A stretch of DNA of 64,000 nt from Comamonadaceae bacterium (GCA_947378785.1 CANCLK010000002.1:6295-70294); one strand, 5' to 3'; counted from the stretch's first letter, positions 19,053 to 29,000 are shown. Numbers and translations are program-made. Notes: generated from the sequence alone by a model not told the origin.

Positions 19053-19808
19053 ATGACCCTTCCCCAGAACTTAGAGGCCAACGACAAGCCCAGCATCGCC
19101 AGCCAGCTCGCGCAGGTCCGACAGCACATCACGGACGCCGCATTGGCTGCCGGGCGTGCGCCGAGCAACGTGCGGTTGCTAGCTGTCTCCAAGACCTTCG
19201 GCGCTGACGCCGTGATCGAAGCCGTGCAGGCCGGCCAGACTGCGTTTGGCGAAAACTACATTCAAGAAGGCGTGGAAAAAATTCAAGCCTTGCGGCAGTG
19301 GTTGGGCGAACCCGCGCAGTCTGGGCAACAACACCTAGAGTGGCACTGCATTGGCCCCATCCAGAGCAACAAGACGCGTCTGGTGTCAGAGAATTTTGAC
19401 TGGGTGCAGTCGGTTGATCGGCTGAAAATTGCCCAACGATTGAGTGAGCAGCGGCCAGCGGATTTACCGCCGCTGCAAATTTGTCTGCAGGTGAATATTG
19501 ATGGCGGCGCCAACAAATCTGGCGTGTCCCCTGAGGATGCGATGGAACTTGCGCAAGCGGTGGTGAAGTTGCCCCGGCTGGTGTTGCGGGGCCTCATGGC
19601 CATCCCCGAACCGGCGCTTGATGACGCCAGTGCCCGGGTCGTGCACGCACGCACGGCCGCGTTGCTGGCGCAGATCAATGCGGAGGGTGGACTGCCGCAG
19701 CCTTTAGACACCTTGTCGATGGGCATGAGCGCTGACCTCGGGCCCGCTATTGCCGCTGGCAGCACGATGGTGCGCGTGGGCACGGCGATTTTTGGCGGAC
19801 GCGGCTAA
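19053..19808 (+). CDS. yggS: PLP homeostasis protein YggS
   Basis: LLAVSK, FGENYIQE, IGPIQSNK, SMGMS, VRVGTAIFG. Confidence 0.96.
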   Translation: MTLPQNLEANDKPSIASQLAQVRQHITDAALAAGRAPSNVRLLAVSKTFGADAVIEAVQAGQTAFGENYIQEGVEKIQALRQWLGEPAQSGQQHLEWHCIGPIQSNKTRLVSENFDWVQSVDRLKIAQRLSEQRPADLPPLQICLQVNIDGGANKSGVSPEDAMELAQAVVKLPRLVLRGLMAIPEPALDDASARVVHARTAALLAQINAEGGLPQPLDTLSMGMSADLGPAIAAGSTMVRVGTAIFGGRG

Positions 19809-19850
19809 CAACAACTGCGGGCCACTTCTGCTTCTTTGCAGGTGACCACT

Positions 19851-22337
19851 TTACCCAAGCGTCCGCGCAGAAAAATGCGCGGTGATGAAGGCGTCAAGCT
19901 GGTCGATAGGCAAGGCTGGGCTACACAGATAGCCCTGATAACTGTCACAGCCGTGACGCATCAGAAAATCCCGCTGTGCCTGGGTTTCCACGCCTTCGGC
20001 CATCAGCTCTAGCCCCAAGCTCTGAGCCAAGCCGATGATGGTGCGGGCAATGGCTGCATCGTTCGGGTTGGTCAACACGTCTTTGACAAATGCGCGACAA
20101 ATTTTCAATTGGTCAAGGGGCAATTTCTTGAGGGATGACAGCGCTGAATAGCCCGTGCCAAAATCGTCGATCGAGAGCGTCACACCCGCATCTTTGAGCA
20201 TGCCCATTTTGGCTATCGTCACGTCAATATCGACGGCCAGCAAACTCTCCGTGAGTTCAAGCTTGAGGCGGCTCGCCTGAACGCCGGTGCGCTTGATCAG
20301 CGCCATCACTTGGTCGACAAACTCTGGGTGACAAAACTGCCGTACGCTGACGTTCACAGCGATGCATAGTTTTTCAGTTTCGGGTCGCTGTGACCATGCC
20401 ACCAACTGCGCGCATGCGGTCTCTAGGACCCAGTTGCCAAGGGGCAAAATCAGACCACTTTGTTCGGCATGCGAAATGAAATCATCCGGCATGACCAAGC
20501 GCTCAGACCGTTGCCAGCGCAGCAGCGCTTCGACGCCGACCATCTGACCCTCGCGACCGACTTGCGGCTGGTAGTACAAGATAAATTGATGGTCATAAAA
20601 GGCTTGCCTTAGATCGGCGGTCAGGGTGGCTTTGGCCGTCGCTGCGAGCTGCATCTCGGGGTCAAAAAAGCACATCGTGTTGCGGCCCGCGGCTTTGGCT
20701 TGGTACATGGCCAAATCGGCCTGTTTCAGGGCATCTCCCATGCCTTGGTGGAGGATGCCGATGAGTGTGACGCCGATGCTGCAGGTGCCGTGGTATTGAT
20801 TGCCGTTGAGTTCGTAGGGAACGCTCAGGGAGGCCAAAATTTTCTCGCCAACCACGCGACATTTCTGTAGTGCGGTCTCCAACTCGTCGGACAGGTCTTC
20901 AAGCATGACGACAAATTCATCGCCGCCGAGTCGGGCGACAGTGTCGCTTCGCCGAACGCAGCTCTGCAAACGCGTGGCGACTTGCTGCAGCATCATGTCG
21001 CCCCGCGAATGCCCCAGCGTGTCATTCAGCACTTTGAAGTTGTCAAGGTCGATGAACATCAACGCGCCGATTTGCTTGCCCACGTTCTTGGGTGATAGAA
21101 CAGCCTCAAGTCGCGCTGTCAACAATTGCCGGTTGGGCAATTGCGTCATGGGGTCGTAATAGGCCAAGTGCTCGATTTTCTCATTGGCTGCTTTTCGCTC
21201 AGTGATGTCGCGGCCCACGATGACCCAATGCGTCAGGCCGCGGTTCTGATATTCCACTGGAACGATGTTCAACTCTAGCCAAAATTGCGCACCATTTTTT
21301 TTATGGTAAATCAGCTCCACACGCACAGGCAACGCGTTGCGGAAAGCGTGGTTGATGCGGTTGATTGCATTGCGCTGCGTCTGTGGGCCTTGCAGTAACT
21401 CGGGCGTGCGGCTCATCACCTCAGCTTGGCTGTAACCAGTCTGCCGTACAAAGGCCTCGTTGACAAACACGATTTTCGGCCATGCCCCTTCGTGCCCAGC
21501 TTCGGCTATCAGCACAATGTCGTTGAGCCGCGCGATGCTGGTCTGCAACAGTCGCAGCAGTTCCTGCTCATGGTGGCGTTCTGTCACATCTTGCAAGTAA
21601 ACCGCCAAGCCATCTGCAAATGGATAGACCCGTAGCGCCAACCACTTATGCTGCACAGGGTAGAACGCTTCAAACTCTGCAAAATTTCCGCTCTGCAGCG
21701 CGTTGAGGAGCTCTTGGTGCAATCGGCTTGTGCCGTTGTGCGCTAAATCACCCCAGATATGGCTTCCGAGTAGCGCTCTACTTTCACGCCCCAAGAGGCG
21801 CTCGCTGACAGGGTTGAGGTACGTGAAGCGCCCTTCACGGTCAAGCGTGACAAAGGCCTCCTTGAGGCTGGCCAGCGTGGTGTTGAGCTGCATCAGGACA
21901 CGCTGCGACGCCTGCTCTCCCCGCTTCTTTTCAGACACATCCAGCAACGCGCCTTCAAGTGCAACCACGGCGCCCGTGTCGTCGTGCACTGCCTGACCTA
22001 CCAAGCTGACCCACAGGCTTCGAACCGAAGGAAGCATGATTTGTGCTTCTAATTCAAACTGTTTGCCGTTGCTCCGGCAGGCCTTGAGCGCATCGGTCAA
22101 GGCCGCTTGCGACTCTGGGGAAAACAGGCCCTGAAAAGTTGTCCAATCTGGCGCTCGGTTCAGTTCAAGCAAAGCCGTCAACCCCGCGGTCACGCGCAAC
22201 TGCTGGTCAGCGAGATCGAGTGCCCAGCAGCCAGCATGGGCACTGCGCTCAAGCAGGCCGAGCCAGCTTGGCACTGACGCCAAGGGTTGACTTTCGCTGC
22301 TGCACGGATTGGCTGAGGCGAGGCGGGAGTGGGGCAT
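19851..22337 (-). CDS. Multi-PAS diguanylate cyclase/phosphodiesterase (GGDEF-EAL)
   Basis: Three PAS-like segments, RxxD-GGDEF, EAL, DDFGTGYS, EGVE. Confidence 0.95.
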   Translation of the reverse strand: MPHSRLASANPCSSESQPLASVPSWLGLLERSAHAGCWALDLADQQLRVTAGLTALLELNRAPDWTTFQGLFSPESQAALTDALKACRSNGKQFELEAQIMLPSVRSLWVSLVGQAVHDDTGAVVALEGALLDVSEKKRGEQASQRVLMQLNTTLASLKEAFVTLDREGRFTYLNPVSERLLGRESRALLGSHIWGDLAHNGTSRLHQELLNALQSGNFAEFEAFYPVQHKWLALRVYPFADGLAVYLQDVTERHHEQELLRLLQTSIARLNDIVLIAEAGHEGAWPKIVFVNEAFVRQTGYSQAEVMSRTPELLQGPQTQRNAINRINHAFRNALPVRVELIYHKKNGAQFWLELNIVPVEYQNRGLTHWVIVGRDITERKAANEKIEHLAYYDPMTQLPNRQLLTARLEAVLSPKNVGKQIGALMFIDLDNFKVLNDTLGHSRGDMMLQQVATRLQSCVRRSDTVARLGGDEFVVMLEDLSDELETALQKCRVVGEKILASLSVPYELNGNQYHGTCSIGVTLIGILHQGMGDALKQADLAMYQAKAAGRNTMCFFDPEMQLAATAKATLTADLRQAFYDHQFILYYQPQVGREGQMVGVEALLRWQRSERLVMPDDFISHAEQSGLILPLGNWVLETACAQLVAWSQRPETEKLCIAVNVSVRQFCHPEFVDQVMALIKRTGVQASRLKLELTESLLAVDIDVTIAKMGMLKDAGVTLSIDDFGTGYSALSSLKKLPLDQLKICRAFVKDVLTNPNDAAIARTIIGLAQSLGLELMAEGVETQAQRDFLMRHGCDSYQGYLCSPALPIDQLDAFITAHFSARTLG

Positions 22338-22511
22338 TTGTAGAAGTGAAAAAAAGTTGTGAGTGAGGTTACTGCTTTGCGCGCGCTGCGAAAAGTCCTC
22401 AACAGGCGAAACCGGTCAAGTCCTACGCCGGGTGCAGTTGCTGACCTAGTCGTTCGAAGGCGAGACATCTTTAAATTTGACAACCCGTTTTAGCTCGCCA
22501 ACAAATACCTC

Positions 22512-22784
22512 ATGACCTCGCCACTGGACGCGCTTAAAACGTGTACCGATCTCAACCATTTGCGGACAACATTGCACGCCTTGTGCGCGCCATTTGGAGC
22601 GGTGGCTGAGCTTGAAATCTTTCTGATTGAACAGGCGGGCCACCATCAAGCGATGTGTTTTTGGCGCATGCAGTCAGAGAAGGAAGAGGCGCGAATCATG
22701 CAAGCGTGGGGCGTTGGTCGGTTCGGTGGCGAGCTGGTCGCCGTGGTTGACTTGGAACCCGTCGCGCTCAATTCCACCACTTAA
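22512..22784 (+). CDS. Small hypothetical protein (possible RRM/ferredoxin-like fold)
   Basis: 90-aa ORF filling an intergenic gap; LHALCAPFGAV resembles an RRM helix-loop. Confidence 0.55.
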   Translation: MTSPLDALKTCTDLNHLRTTLHALCAPFGAVAELEIFLIEQAGHHQAMCFWRMQSEKEEARIMQAWGVGRFGGELVAVVDLEPVALNSTT

Positions 22785-22883
22785 CTCGGCCACTTAATTC
22801 GTTACGCCTCTTGCATGTGACAGTGGCGCTTTTAGGTTGAGCTTTCTGTAGCATTGGTTTCTTTCAAACAAAGGAACTTCTTG

Positions 22884-23441
22884 ATGGCCACACCTTTTTT
22901 CGGCAGACGAGAATCCGAACCCTCTGGCCTGCGTCCCGGCGCCGTCAGCAATCAAAATCATCAGAACAGTCATGGCCAAACGCAGATGGCGCAGGCGAAC
23001 GGTGCGGGCACCACGTCAGCCTTGGACACCACCGCGACCCATCCGGTCTCGACCATCACCGCACCAGGCAAGGAAGTCGGCAGCAAGCTCACCGTCGGTC
23101 CCAACATCAAGCTCAAGGGTGTTGAGATCACCGATTGCGACACCCTTGTGGTGGAGGGCACGGTGGAGGCCACGATGGACTCACGCGTGATTCAAATCTC
23201 TGAGCTCGGCGCGTTCAAAGGCTCGGCAGATATTGACATCGCTGAGATACATGGCCATTTCGACGGCAACCTCACGGTGCGTCAAAAGTTGGTGATCTAC
23301 GCCACCGGCAAAGTGATCGGGAAGATCCGCTACGGCAAGCTGGTGATTGAGGAGGGCGGCCAGCTGTCGGGCGACATTCAGTTTGGCTCTGCGGGCGCTG
23401 CTGCGTCTAGCAGCTCAAAGCAGCCGCATCAGCAGCGGTAG
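22884..23441 (+). CDS. Bactofilin (polymer-forming cytoskeletal protein)
   Basis: LVVEGTVEA..IHGHFDGNL..GKVIGKIRYGKLVIEEGG beta-helix repeats. Confidence 0.9.
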   Translation: MATPFFGRRESEPSGLRPGAVSNQNHQNSHGQTQMAQANGAGTTSALDTTATHPVSTITAPGKEVGSKLTVGPNIKLKGVEITDCDTLVVEGTVEATMDSRVIQISELGAFKGSADIDIAEIHGHFDGNLTVRQKLVIYATGKVIGKIRYGKLVIEEGGQLSGDIQFGSAGAAASSSSKQPHQQR

Positions 23442-24140
23442 CAGCAACGATGCCAAGACCACCTGCAGGCCCAACGCGAGCGCGGCGTAGGCGCCGGCAT
23501 CGGCATTGATCTGCATTGCCCGCGCAGCCCCTATGCCGTGCGAGGTGGTGCCCAGCGCAAAGCCGCGGGCCGTCCAGCCAGCGGCATCGGTTGGGATCCG
23601 CAGTGCGTCAAACAGGTACTTGCCACTGAGCGCGCCAATCAAGCCGGTCATCACCGAAAACACGGCAGTCAGCGCGGGAATACCGCCGATGCTCTCGGCA
23701 ATGCCCATGGCGACCGGCGCGGTCACTGACTTGGGTGCCAGCGACAACAACACGTCGTTTGGCAAACCCACCGCCCATCCCAGCGCCAAGGCAGAACTGC
23801 TGGCGGCCACCCCGCCCGCCAACGCGGCCAGCAGCAGTCGCCCCCAGCGGCGCTTGAGGTCAGTGCGACGCTGCCACAGAGGCCACGCCAAAGCGACCAC
23901 GGCCGGACCCAGTAAAAAGTGAATGAACTGCGCGCCGGCGAAGTAAGTCGGGTAGGGCACACCCGTCAGCAGCAACCCAGAGGCAATCACCGACACCGTC
24001 CAGAAAACCGGGTTGGCCCAGGGCGCATGGTCGACGGCCGTGTAGGCTGCTTGCGCGAGCAAATAAACCACCAGTGTGGCTGTCAGGCCGAACAAAGGCG
24101 TGGCTGACAGATAAACCCAAAGCTCAACGAAATTAGACAT
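23415..24140 (-). CDS. lrgB: LrgB/CidB family membrane protein
   Basis: LLGPAVVALA, PKSVTAPVAM, SHGIG. Confidence 0.93.
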   Translation of the reverse strand: MSNFVELWVYLSATPLFGLTATLVVYLLAQAAYTAVDHAPWANPVFWTVSVIASGLLLTGVPYPTYFAGAQFIHFLLGPAVVALAWPLWQRRTDLKRRWGRLLLAALAGGVAASSSALALGWAVGLPNDVLLSLAPKSVTAPVAMGIAESIGGIPALTAVFSVMTGLIGALSGKYLFDALRIPTDAAGWTARGFALGTTSHGIGAARAMQINADAGAYAALALGLQVVLASLLLPLLMRLL

Positions 24141-24154
24141 GCTTCTACGGCTCG

Positions 24155-24511
24155 TCAGGGTTGTTGCGGCTCATCGCGACGCCACAGGTAGTTCAACAGC
24201 AGCGCCGTCACGGCCAGCCCGATCAGCGTTGACAGCACCAGCACCAGCAGCATGCGGCCACCGTATTCGCTGACGATGGAAAGATGGGTCATGACGCCGA
24301 CACCGACAGGGACAAATAGCAGGGATAAATGTGACAACAAGTAATCGGCGCAAGCCGACACCGGCTCTCTCACCACAGCCCAGCGTAGCGCCACCAGCAG
24401 CAACATCATGCCAACCACCGGCCCGGGAAAAGGCAGGTGCAGGCCGCGCGACATCAGCTCGCCCATGGACTGCAATACCAGTAGCCAGCCGAGGCCGCGG
24501 AGTCCGTTCAT
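24155..24511 (-). CDS. CidA/LrgA family holin-like protein
   Basis: PGPVVGM, LLFVPVGVG; upstream of lrgB. Confidence 0.92.
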   Translation of the reverse strand: MNGLRGLGWLLVLQSMGELMSRGLHLPFPGPVVGMMLLLVALRWAVVREPVSACADYLLSHLSLLFVPVGVGVMTHLSIVSEYGGRMLLVLVLSTLIGLAVTALLLNYLWRRDEPQQP

Positions 24512-24539
24512 GGTGTTGTTTCGACTTGAAGTTTCGGTT

Positions 24540-26042
24540 CTAAAAACGCGGCAAATCTGGGTGTGCGATCTTGCCGCCGCGCACCAGCATCTTGCCGTAC
24601 TCGGCGCAGCGTTGCAGCGTCGGAATCACCTTGCCGGGGTTCAGCAGACCACGTGCATCAAAGGCCCGCTTGACGCCAAACATCTGTTCGTTTTCAGCGG
24701 CGCTGAACTGTACGCACATGCTGTTGAGTTTTTCAATGCCAACGCCGTGCTCGCCGGTGACCGTGCCGCCCATGGCGACGCTGGTTTCCAAAATTTCGGC
24801 ACCAAAAAGTTCGCAACGGTGCAGCTGGTCGGCATCATTGGCATCAAACAAAATCAGCGGGTGTAGATTGCCGTCACCCGCATGAAAGACGTTGGCGCAG
24901 CGCAGCTGGTATTTAATTTCCATTTCGGCAATCGCCAACAAAATATCGGCCAAGCGCTTGCGCGGAATGGTGGAGTCCATGCACATGTAGTCAGGGCTGA
25001 TGCGGCCAGATGCCGAGAAGGCATTTTTTCGGCCGCTCCAAAAGCGCAGGCGCTCGGCTTCGTCTTGACTGACCGCGATGGCCGTGGCGCCGCAGCGCCG
25101 CAGAACCTCGATCATGCGGCCAATTTCCTCTTCAATTTCTTCGGGCGTGCCATCGCTTTCGCAGAGCAAAATCGCCGCTGCGGTGAGGTCGTAGCCGGCG
25201 TGCACGAAGTCTTCCACCGCGGCGGTCATGGGCTTGTCCATCATCTCCAGTCCGGCCGGAATGATGCCGGCGGCGATCACGGCGGCCACCGCATCGCCGG
25301 CTTTTCGCAAGTCGTCAAAGCTGGCCATGATGCAGCGCGCCAGTTGCGGTTTAGGCACCAGTTTGACGGTGACTTCAGTGGTCACCGCCAGCATGCCTTC
25401 GCTGCCAACGATGATGCTGAGCAGATCGTAGCCAGGGGTGTCCAGCGCGTCGCTGCCGAACTCAATGTCTTCGCCCTCAACTGTGAAGCCGCGCACCTTG
25501 AGCACGTTGTGCACGGTCAGTCCGTACTTCAGGCAGTGCACGCCCCCCGAGTTTTCGGCGACGTTGCCGCCGATGGTGCAGGCGATCTGGCTCGACGGGT
25601 CGGGCGCGTAATACAAATTGTGAGGTGCAGCGGCTTCAGAGATCGCCAAGTTGCGCACGCCACCTTGCACCACAGCGGTCCGGCTGGCGGGGTCCATTTT
25701 TAAAATTTTGTTGAACTTGGCCAGCGACAGCGTGACGCCCAGCTTGTGCGGCATGGCCCCGCCCGACAGACCCGTGCCTGCACCCCGCGCGACCACGGGT
25801 ACATCCAGTGCGTAGCAAGTCTTCAGCACAGCTTGCACTTGCGCGTAGGTTTCAGGCAACACGACGACCAGCGGACGCTGACGGTAAGCGGTCAGGCCAT
25901 CGCATTCATAGGGGGTGGTGTCTTCGCGGTTCCACAGCAACGCATGCTGCGGCAAGACCTGCTGCAAGGCGGCGACAACCTGCGACTGACGCTCGGCGCG
26001 CTCCAGCGAGGCTTGCTGTTCAGATGAAACGGGTGCATTCAT
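24540..26042 (-). CDS. glcD: Glycolate oxidase subunit GlcD-like FAD-linked oxidase
   Basis: RGAGTGLSGG, PDPSSQIACTIGGN, HAGDGNLHP, GEHGVG, NPGK. Confidence 0.9.
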   Translation of the reverse strand: MNAPVSSEQQASLERAERQSQVVAALQQVLPQHALLWNREDTTPYECDGLTAYRQRPLVVVLPETYAQVQAVLKTCYALDVPVVARGAGTGLSGGAMPHKLGVTLSLAKFNKILKMDPASRTAVVQGGVRNLAISEAAAPHNLYYAPDPSSQIACTIGGNVAENSGGVHCLKYGLTVHNVLKVRGFTVEGEDIEFGSDALDTPGYDLLSIIVGSEGMLAVTTEVTVKLVPKPQLARCIMASFDDLRKAGDAVAAVIAAGIIPAGLEMMDKPMTAAVEDFVHAGYDLTAAAILLCESDGTPEEIEEEIGRMIEVLRRCGATAIAVSQDEAERLRFWSGRKNAFSASGRISPDYMCMDSTIPRKRLADILLAIAEMEIKYQLRCANVFHAGDGNLHPLILFDANDADQLHRCELFGAEILETSVAMGGTVTGEHGVGIEKLNSMCVQFSAAENEQMFGVKRAFDARGLLNPGKVIPTLQRCAEYGKMLVRGGKIAHPDLPRF

Positions 26043-26154
26043 GTCAAAGCTCCTGCCGCCAGCCACGCCGCGAAGCGACCGTTCTTGGGGCAGATGCACT
26101 TTAAACCATGCGGCCGATTCTCTGCATGAGGAAATTTGGAGGGTTTTGTGAAAA

Positions 26155-26967
26155 CTAGGGCGCACCGAAGCCATATTGCGCAAAGGTGGTCTGTGCGGGC
26201 GTGGCCAGCAGGGCTTTGGCAAACGCCGCGGCGGCCGGGTGCGCGCCGTTTTTCACGGTCACGCCATAAGCCGCGCCAACCTGCAGATGGTTGGGTAATG
26301 CCACCACGGCCAAGCGCGGCACTTCTTTTTGTGCCGCTACGGCGTTGGTGCAGTAGGTCAGAAAAATATCGGCTTGGTTGTTGTCCATCACCCAAGCGTA
26401 AGTGCCGCGACCTGCCGGCGCTTTGGGTGAGTCTGCACCACCGGTGAGCTTCAAGGCCTTGGCGTCCAGCGCGGCGTAGGCGCCCGCCTTCAAAGAGTCA
26501 GCTTTGCGAAACAGTTCCCACGCGTAGTCACCAGCGGGGTCGGCCATGGGCATGGAGGTGCCCAAGCGCACCATCGGATCGAGCAGGGTGTCGAGCAAGG
26601 TGGCCGGCGCAGTTTTCAGGCTGGCCTGTGTCAGGGCGCACAAGCTGTTGCGCACGAACACGGTGGGTGCGGCCCAGCCACCCGCATTGGCCAGACGCTG
26701 CGGATGTTGGGTATCCGCCGATGCAAAGACCAGTGCCGCCTCACCTTTTTCGATGCGCTCACGCAGCAAGCCGGAGGCGCCGAAGGTTAGCGCGATTTTT
26801 TGGCCCGTACGGGTTTCGTAGTCACGCGCCATATCCGTCATCGCTTCACGCAAGCTGCCAGCGGCAAAAACCGGCAAGGGTTCACGGGATGTTGTCATTT
26901 CAGCCGGCGCGGCGCAGCCGAACAGCGTTGCTGCGGCCATCGCTGTCAGTACAAGATGTTTCATCAT
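26155..26967 (-). CDS. ModA-like molybdate/oxyanion-binding lipoprotein
   Basis: Lipobox LFGC, AAGSL, FGASG, VFASAD, DPAGDYA. Confidence 0.85.
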   Translation of the reverse strand: MMKHLVLTAMAAATLFGCAAPAEMTTSREPLPVFAAGSLREAMTDMARDYETRTGQKIALTFGASGLLRERIEKGEAALVFASADTQHPQRLANAGGWAAPTVFVRNSLCALTQASLKTAPATLLDTLLDPMVRLGTSMPMADPAGDYAWELFRKADSLKAGAYAALDAKALKLTGGADSPKAPAGRGTYAWVMDNNQADIFLTYCTNAVAAQKEVPRLAVVALPNHLQVGAAYGVTVKNGAHPAAAAFAKALLATPAQTTFAQYGFGAP

Positions 26968-26970
26968 GCG

Positions 26971-27045
26971 TCACAGACCGGCGTTCGGGAAGCAGAGCCG
27001 CAGAGGGACACGAGCAGTGTGTTGTGCAATGTGTGTGAGGCTCAA
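26971..27045 (-). CDS. Candidate 24-aa small ORF (MSLTHIAQHTARVPLRLCFPNAGL)
   Basis: TAAGGAG RBS, TTG start at 27045, TGA 3 nt before the modA-like ATG. Confidence 0.5.
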   Translation of the reverse strand: MSLTHIAQHTARVPLRLCFPNAGL

Positions 27046-27077
27046 GTCAATTTCTCCTTAAAGACGTCAGAACTGGC

Positions 27078-27101
27078 AGATCAAGATGAACGTTGATCTT
27101 A
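27078..27101 (-). promoter_or_regulatory. Inverted repeat AGATCAA-N8-TTGATCT overlapping a putative -10 (TAAGAT)
   Basis: Perfect 7-bp arms just upstream of the sORF RBS. Confidence 0.4.
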
Positions 27102-27213
27102 GGCAGCGTGGGGTGAATTGACGAGCGGGTATTCCAGTTAGGAAGCGTTTTGCATAGAGCGCGCAACGTGGGTGCACAGCCTATTTGCAAAAGCAGCCCC
27201 AACTGCCAGCGAT

Positions 27214-28110
27214 TCAAAAAACGCTTTTACGCAGCCATTCCGCAAAGGCTGCACACTCCCAGCGGTCCATCATGCCAGTGCGCCAGCACAGGTAGTGCGC
27301 ATGGGGGCTGGGGACGTTGCGGTCGTACAGGCGCACCAGTGAACCGTTTTCAAGCCAAGGTGCGCCGAGCTTGAGCCGCACCAACGCAATGCCAATGCCC
27401 GCTGCTGCAGCGTCGCACATGAGGCCGATGTCGTTGAATTGCGAACCTTCGAGGGGTTCTGGCCACGGCAGTTGGTGGGCGGCAAACCAGGTTCGCCAAG
27501 GCTCCAGCGGTGAGCGCAACAGCGTTTCGCCATCGAGGTCATCGGGTGCCTCAAACGGGCCGTGTTCGCGCACATAGGCGGGAGAGGCGAGTGGCGTCAC
27601 CTCGTCTTCCAACAGGCAGACATGCTCCACATCGGCATAGCGGCCCGTGCCAAAGCGCACCATCAGGTCGGCGTCTTCGGCGACCACATCCAGTAGCGGG
27701 ATCGACACTTGCAGCGTCAGTTCGATCTCGGGATAGGCGTCGATAAACTGGCGCAGACGCGGGATCAAAATCGAGCGCGAAAAAGTCGGTGTCACGGCCA
27801 GTCGCAGTTTGCGTTTTCCGGGGGTGGCGCTTTGACCGGCCGCACCTGGAAACTTTTGCAGCGTCGTCAGTCCTTCACGCACATGCGCCAGGTATTCACT
27901 GCCTTCAGTCGTGAGTGAAAAATCAGCCCGCCCAAAGAGCTTCGTGCCAATAATTTGCTCCAGCTGTTTGACGCGGTGGCTGACCGCGCTGGGCGTCACA
28001 AAAAGCTCTTCGGCAGCTTGTGTCACGCTGCGCAGCCGGGCCAGTGCTTCAAACGTCAGCAGGCACTGAATCGGTGGAATGCGTTTGGCGCCAGCGGTCG
28101 GAGAGATCAT
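27214..28110 (-). CDS. LysR family regulator (GcvA/AmpR-like)
   Basis: FEALARLRSVTQAAEELFVTPSAVSHRVKQLE HTH. Confidence 0.93.
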   Translation of the reverse strand: MISPTAGAKRIPPIQCLLTFEALARLRSVTQAAEELFVTPSAVSHRVKQLEQIIGTKLFGRADFSLTTEGSEYLAHVREGLTTLQKFPGAAGQSATPGKRKLRLAVTPTFSRSILIPRLRQFIDAYPEIELTLQVSIPLLDVVAEDADLMVRFGTGRYADVEHVCLLEDEVTPLASPAYVREHGPFEAPDDLDGETLLRSPLEPWRTWFAAHQLPWPEPLEGSQFNDIGLMCDAAAAGIGIALVRLKLGAPWLENGSLVRLYDRNVPSPHAHYLCWRTGMMDRWECAAFAEWLRKSVF

Positions 28111-28139
28111 CAAGTGGGCGCGCTGATTAGAGACGTACG

Positions 28140-29000
28140 TTATTTGAAGATGACGGTCTTGTGGCCGTTCAGCAGCACGCGGTGTTCGCTGTGCCACTTG
28201 ACGGCGCGTGCCAGTACTTGGCTTTCGGTGTCGCGGCCCATGGCGGTCAGGTCTTCTACGGTTCTGCTGTGCTCAACGCGGGCCACGTCTTGCTCGATGA
28301 TCGGGCCCTCGTCGAGGTCCGAGGTGACGTAGTGAGCCGTGGCGCCGATCAGCTTGACGCCGCGCGCATGCGCTTGGTGGTAGGGCTTGGCGCCCTTGAA
28401 GCTCGGTAAAAAAGAGTGGTGGATATTGATCGCGCGGCCGGCCAGATTTCGGCACATGTCGTCGCTCAAAATTTGCATGTAACGTGCCAGCACGACCAGC
28501 TCAGCGCCTTCAGACTGGATGACGTCGTATTGCCGGGCCTCGGACTCGGCCTTGGTCGCTGCCGTCACCGGGATGTGGTGAAACGGCACCTTGTAGCTGG
28601 CTGCCAACTGGTGAAACTCGTTGTGGTTGGAGACGATGGCGCGAATGTCCAGTCGCAGCAGGCCAGACTTCCAGCGGAACAGCAGGTCGTTCAAGCAATG
28701 CCCTTCTTTGCTGACCATCAACACGGTGCGCATGGGCTGGCTGGTTTGATGCAGGCTCCAGCGCATCTCAAAGTCACCGGCCAAAACGGCGAGTTCTTCT
28801 TTAAGGGCATCAAACGACAGCTCAGCGCAGGCAAAGCCAACGCGCATGAAGAACAGACCGGTGGCATCTTGGTCCCTGTCGTCGGCGTACTGGGCGGCAT
28901 CCAGAATGTTGCCGCCGCGCTCAAACAAAAAGCCAGAGACGGCATGAACAATGCCGGGACGATCCGGACAGGACAGGGTGAGGGTGTAGGTTGAACTCAT
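28140..29000 (-). CDS. purU: Formyltetrahydrofolate deformylase
   Basis: CPDRPGIV ACT domain, LARYMQILS, INIHHSFLP, GATAHYVT. Confidence 0.97.
   Translation of the reverse strand: MSSTYTLTLSCPDRPGIVHAVSGFLFERGGNILDAAQYADDRDQDATGLFFMRVGFACAELSFDALKEELAVLAGDFEMRWSLHQTSQPMRTVLMVSKEGHCLNDLLFRWKSGLLRLDIRAIVSNHNEFHQLAASYKVPFHHIPVTAATKAESEARQYDVIQSEGAELVVLARYMQILSDDMCRNLAGRAINIHHSFLPSFKGAKPYHQAHARGVKLIGATAHYVTSDLDEGPIIEQDVARVEHSRTVEDLTAMGRDTESQVLARAVKWHSEHRVLLNGHKTVIFK

Noticed and set aside
21200-21520. LOV photoreceptor domain
   Set aside because: NCRFLQ is replaced by TPELLQ; no photoactive Cys
22395-22445. c-di-GMP-I riboswitch suggested by GGCGAAACC near the GGDEF-EAL gene
   Set aside because: The second stem and tetraloop-receptor pattern are not evident
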